From positions 1 to 27,194 of IMG/VR virus record IMGVR_UViG_3300020045_006965: a DNA stretch of 27,194 nt; one strand, given 5' to 3'. The notes under the pieces were generated by a model. That model was given only the letters and a program-made list of their open reading frames with translations. It did not search any database and had not been told where the DNA came from. This DNA is from a virus. Its lineage: Duplodnaviria > Caudoviricetes. The translations under genes were made by a program, and so were the position numbers. Positions 25,622 through 27,194 of the stretch are shown here, one piece after another. Position 1 is the first letter of the stretch. Every line of letters starts with the position of its first letter.

Positions 25622-25862
25622 AATGTGAAGTTGTGATTCACTACGAGTATCGGCAAATAATCCGATTCGATCCTGCGGACTCTATACTGTGTGAAATAGC
25701 GGGTTGGTTTAAATGTACCGGCAATAGGCTCTCACTGCAAACGTCAGGGCAGTAAACAGGGATCACATCCTGTACAATATGGTTTGTTGTAGTAACTACC
25801 GGAATGTTCCGCCCGGCAACAAAAATTCTTCTGGATGGTAAGATTAATCCAACAACTACATT
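25622..25862 (+). ncRNA. Unrecognised ~240-nt structured RNA
   Basis: TATAAT 25614-25619; ends pair (AATGT..AGTTGT / ACAACT-ACATT); at least five internal stems; visibly GC-richer than flanks. Confidence 0.6.
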
Positions 25863-25883
25863 ATTAAAGAAAGTGAACACACC

Positions 25884-26171
25884 ATGTCAATTATCGATAC
25901 AGAACAATTTGCAATTCCAAATGACCCTGCAACTATCAAAAAGATCAAAGATGCCTGCTTTGAAATCTCTGCAAGTATGACTCGAATTGAAGGCGAGAAA
26001 GACTTCATCAAAGAAGCAGTTGAAGAGTTATCAAAAGATACAGAAATTCCAAAAAAGCATCTTAACAAAATTGCGCGGTACTTCCACAAGAGTAACAAAG
26101 ATCAAGTTGAGGCAGAACAAGCATCTACTAACGAATTATATGATCGCATTTTCGCTACTGAACAAGAATAA
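25884..26171 (+). CDS. dsbA: T4 DsbA-like dsDNA-binding protein
   Basis: EIS.SMTRIE.EKD.IKE, IPKK.L.K.A...HK. Confidence 0.75.
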   Translation: MSIIDTEQFAIPNDPATIKKIKDACFEISASMTRIEGEKDFIKEAVEELSKDTEIPKKHLNKIARYFHKSNKDQVEAEQASTNELYDRIFATEQE

Positions 26172-26190
26172 GTAGATAAAGTTATTTGAG

Positions 26191-26226
26191 ACCTTCTTGT
26201 GATATAATAGTCGCAAGAAGGTTTTA
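26191..26226 (+). promoter_or_regulatory. 12-bp hairpin with TATAAT in the loop, upstream of the polymerase SD
   Basis: ACCTTCTTGTGA-TATAATAG-TCGCAAGAAGGT-TTTA. Confidence 0.6.
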
Positions 26227-26242
26227 TTATTTGGAGAAGAGT

Positions 26243-27194
26243 TTGAGTAAAAAAGAATATTATACTAATGTTTCTAGTCGTTTTGGAAAAATTTTGTACC
26301 GAGGATATTCTATAGATGATAATGGTTTGAAGCGCAGAATTCATGCTAAAGTTCCGTTTAAACCGACTCTATACGTTGAATCTCCTACCGCAGACTCAGA
26401 ATTTAAATCTCTATATGAGAAACCTCTTCAAGAAAAGCAATTCGGTTCAATGTCAGAAGCTAGAGAATATATCAAATCATATAAAGATGTGATGAATATA
26501 TATGGATATTCGGCTAACCGCACAGAATATGAATTTATTGCTAGAGCATTTCCAGATAGAATGGAGATTCTTTTGGAAGATTTAAAAGTTATTGGTTTTG
26601 ATATCGAGACAAAGGTTGGTGTAAATGGTCCACCCGGTGTTCCTGATCCGTATCTAGCTCTGGAAGAAATCACACACATTGCATTTCAAGATCATAAGAC
26701 TGAAAAGGTTGTATCTTATACAACTGCAAATATTTCTATTGCAGACGATGAGAACACTACATATAAAGTTTTTAAAACCGAAGAGCAATTATTAGAAGCG
26801 ATCATTAGATATGTCGAGATGGAAGATCCTGATATTATGTATGGATTCTATTCCGATTTTTTTGATGTGCCTTATATCATAAATCGTATTCGTAATGTAT
26901 TGGGTGAATCCGCAGCAAATAGATTATCCCCATTCGGTATTATCGATGAGCGTGATTATGAAGTAAATAATCAGTCATATAAAGAATATACCATTGTTGG
27001 ACGCACATTACTCGATACACAGGCAATGTATAAAAAATTCGTTCTAACTAAACGCGAAGCATACTCTCTCGATAATTTAGCTAAAATTGAATTAGGTGTA
27101 GGTAAATTAGAAAATCCTTGTTCAACGTTTAAGGAATTTTCAGAATCGCCTGATCACATCAATAAATTTGCCTTGTATAATGTTATCGATACAA
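26243..27194 (+). CDS. 43: Family B DNA polymerase (T4 gp43-like), N-terminal/exonuclease part, runs off window
   Basis: TTG start after GGAG; YTNV...ILYRGY, FKPTLY, FDIET (ExoI), FDVPYIINR (ExoII), LSPFG, YSLD..A..ELG..K. Confidence 0.93.
   Translation, partial: MSKKEYYTNVSSRFGKILYRGYSIDDNGLKRRIHAKVPFKPTLYVESPTADSEFKSLYEKPLQEKQFGSMSEAREYIKSYKDVMNIYGYSANRTEYEFIARAFPDRMEILLEDLKVIGFDIETKVGVNGPPGVPDPYLALEEITHIAFQDHKTEKVVSYTTANISIADDENTTYKVFKTEEQLLEAIIRYVEMEDPDIMYGFYSDFFDVPYIINRIRNVLGESAANRLSPFGIIDERDYEVNNQSYKEYTIVGRTLLDTQAMYKKFVLTKREAYSLDNLAKIELGVGKLENPCSTFKEFSESPDHINKFALYNVIDT

Noticed and set aside
25622-25862. tmRNA or RNase P RNA
   Set aside because: No GGGG...TCCACCA tRNA-like ends, T arm or tag ORF; no GAGGAAAGTCC-type P4 motif
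25641-25880. 79-aa minus-strand ORF
   Set aside because: No recognisable motif or SD, opposite to local transcription; the region is better explained as structured RNA
22-26679. Numerous short ORFs in the track that overlap called genes on the opposite strand or in other frames
   Set aside because: Shadows of well-supported genes, lacking motifs and initiation signals

Overview
AT-rich segment of a large T4-like (myovirus) phage genome, almost all on the + strand. It runs from the 3' end of a class II ribonucleotide reductase through accessory genes (SLT, GNAT, thioredoxin, PhoH, A1-like phosphoesterase, ClpP, DinG-like helicase, DEDDh exonuclease). It then enters a T4-type replication module (sliding clamp, denV, clamp loader subunits, regA, groES, dsbA, 5' part of family B DNA polymerase) broken up by non-coding islands. 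There are four free-standing endonuclease genes. The most striking content is RNA: two ordinary-sized tRNAs (Ile-UAU, Gly-UCC); two tRNAs (Arg, Tyr) whose anticodons are split by 28- and 32-nt hairpin inserts; a family of related 16-20 bp inverted-repeat stems present both empty and enclosing structured cargo; a CCA-less tRNA-Thr locked in a 20-bp stem; and an unrecognised ~240-nt structured RNA. All product calls come from motif recognition and all folds from manual base-pairing; no searches were run.
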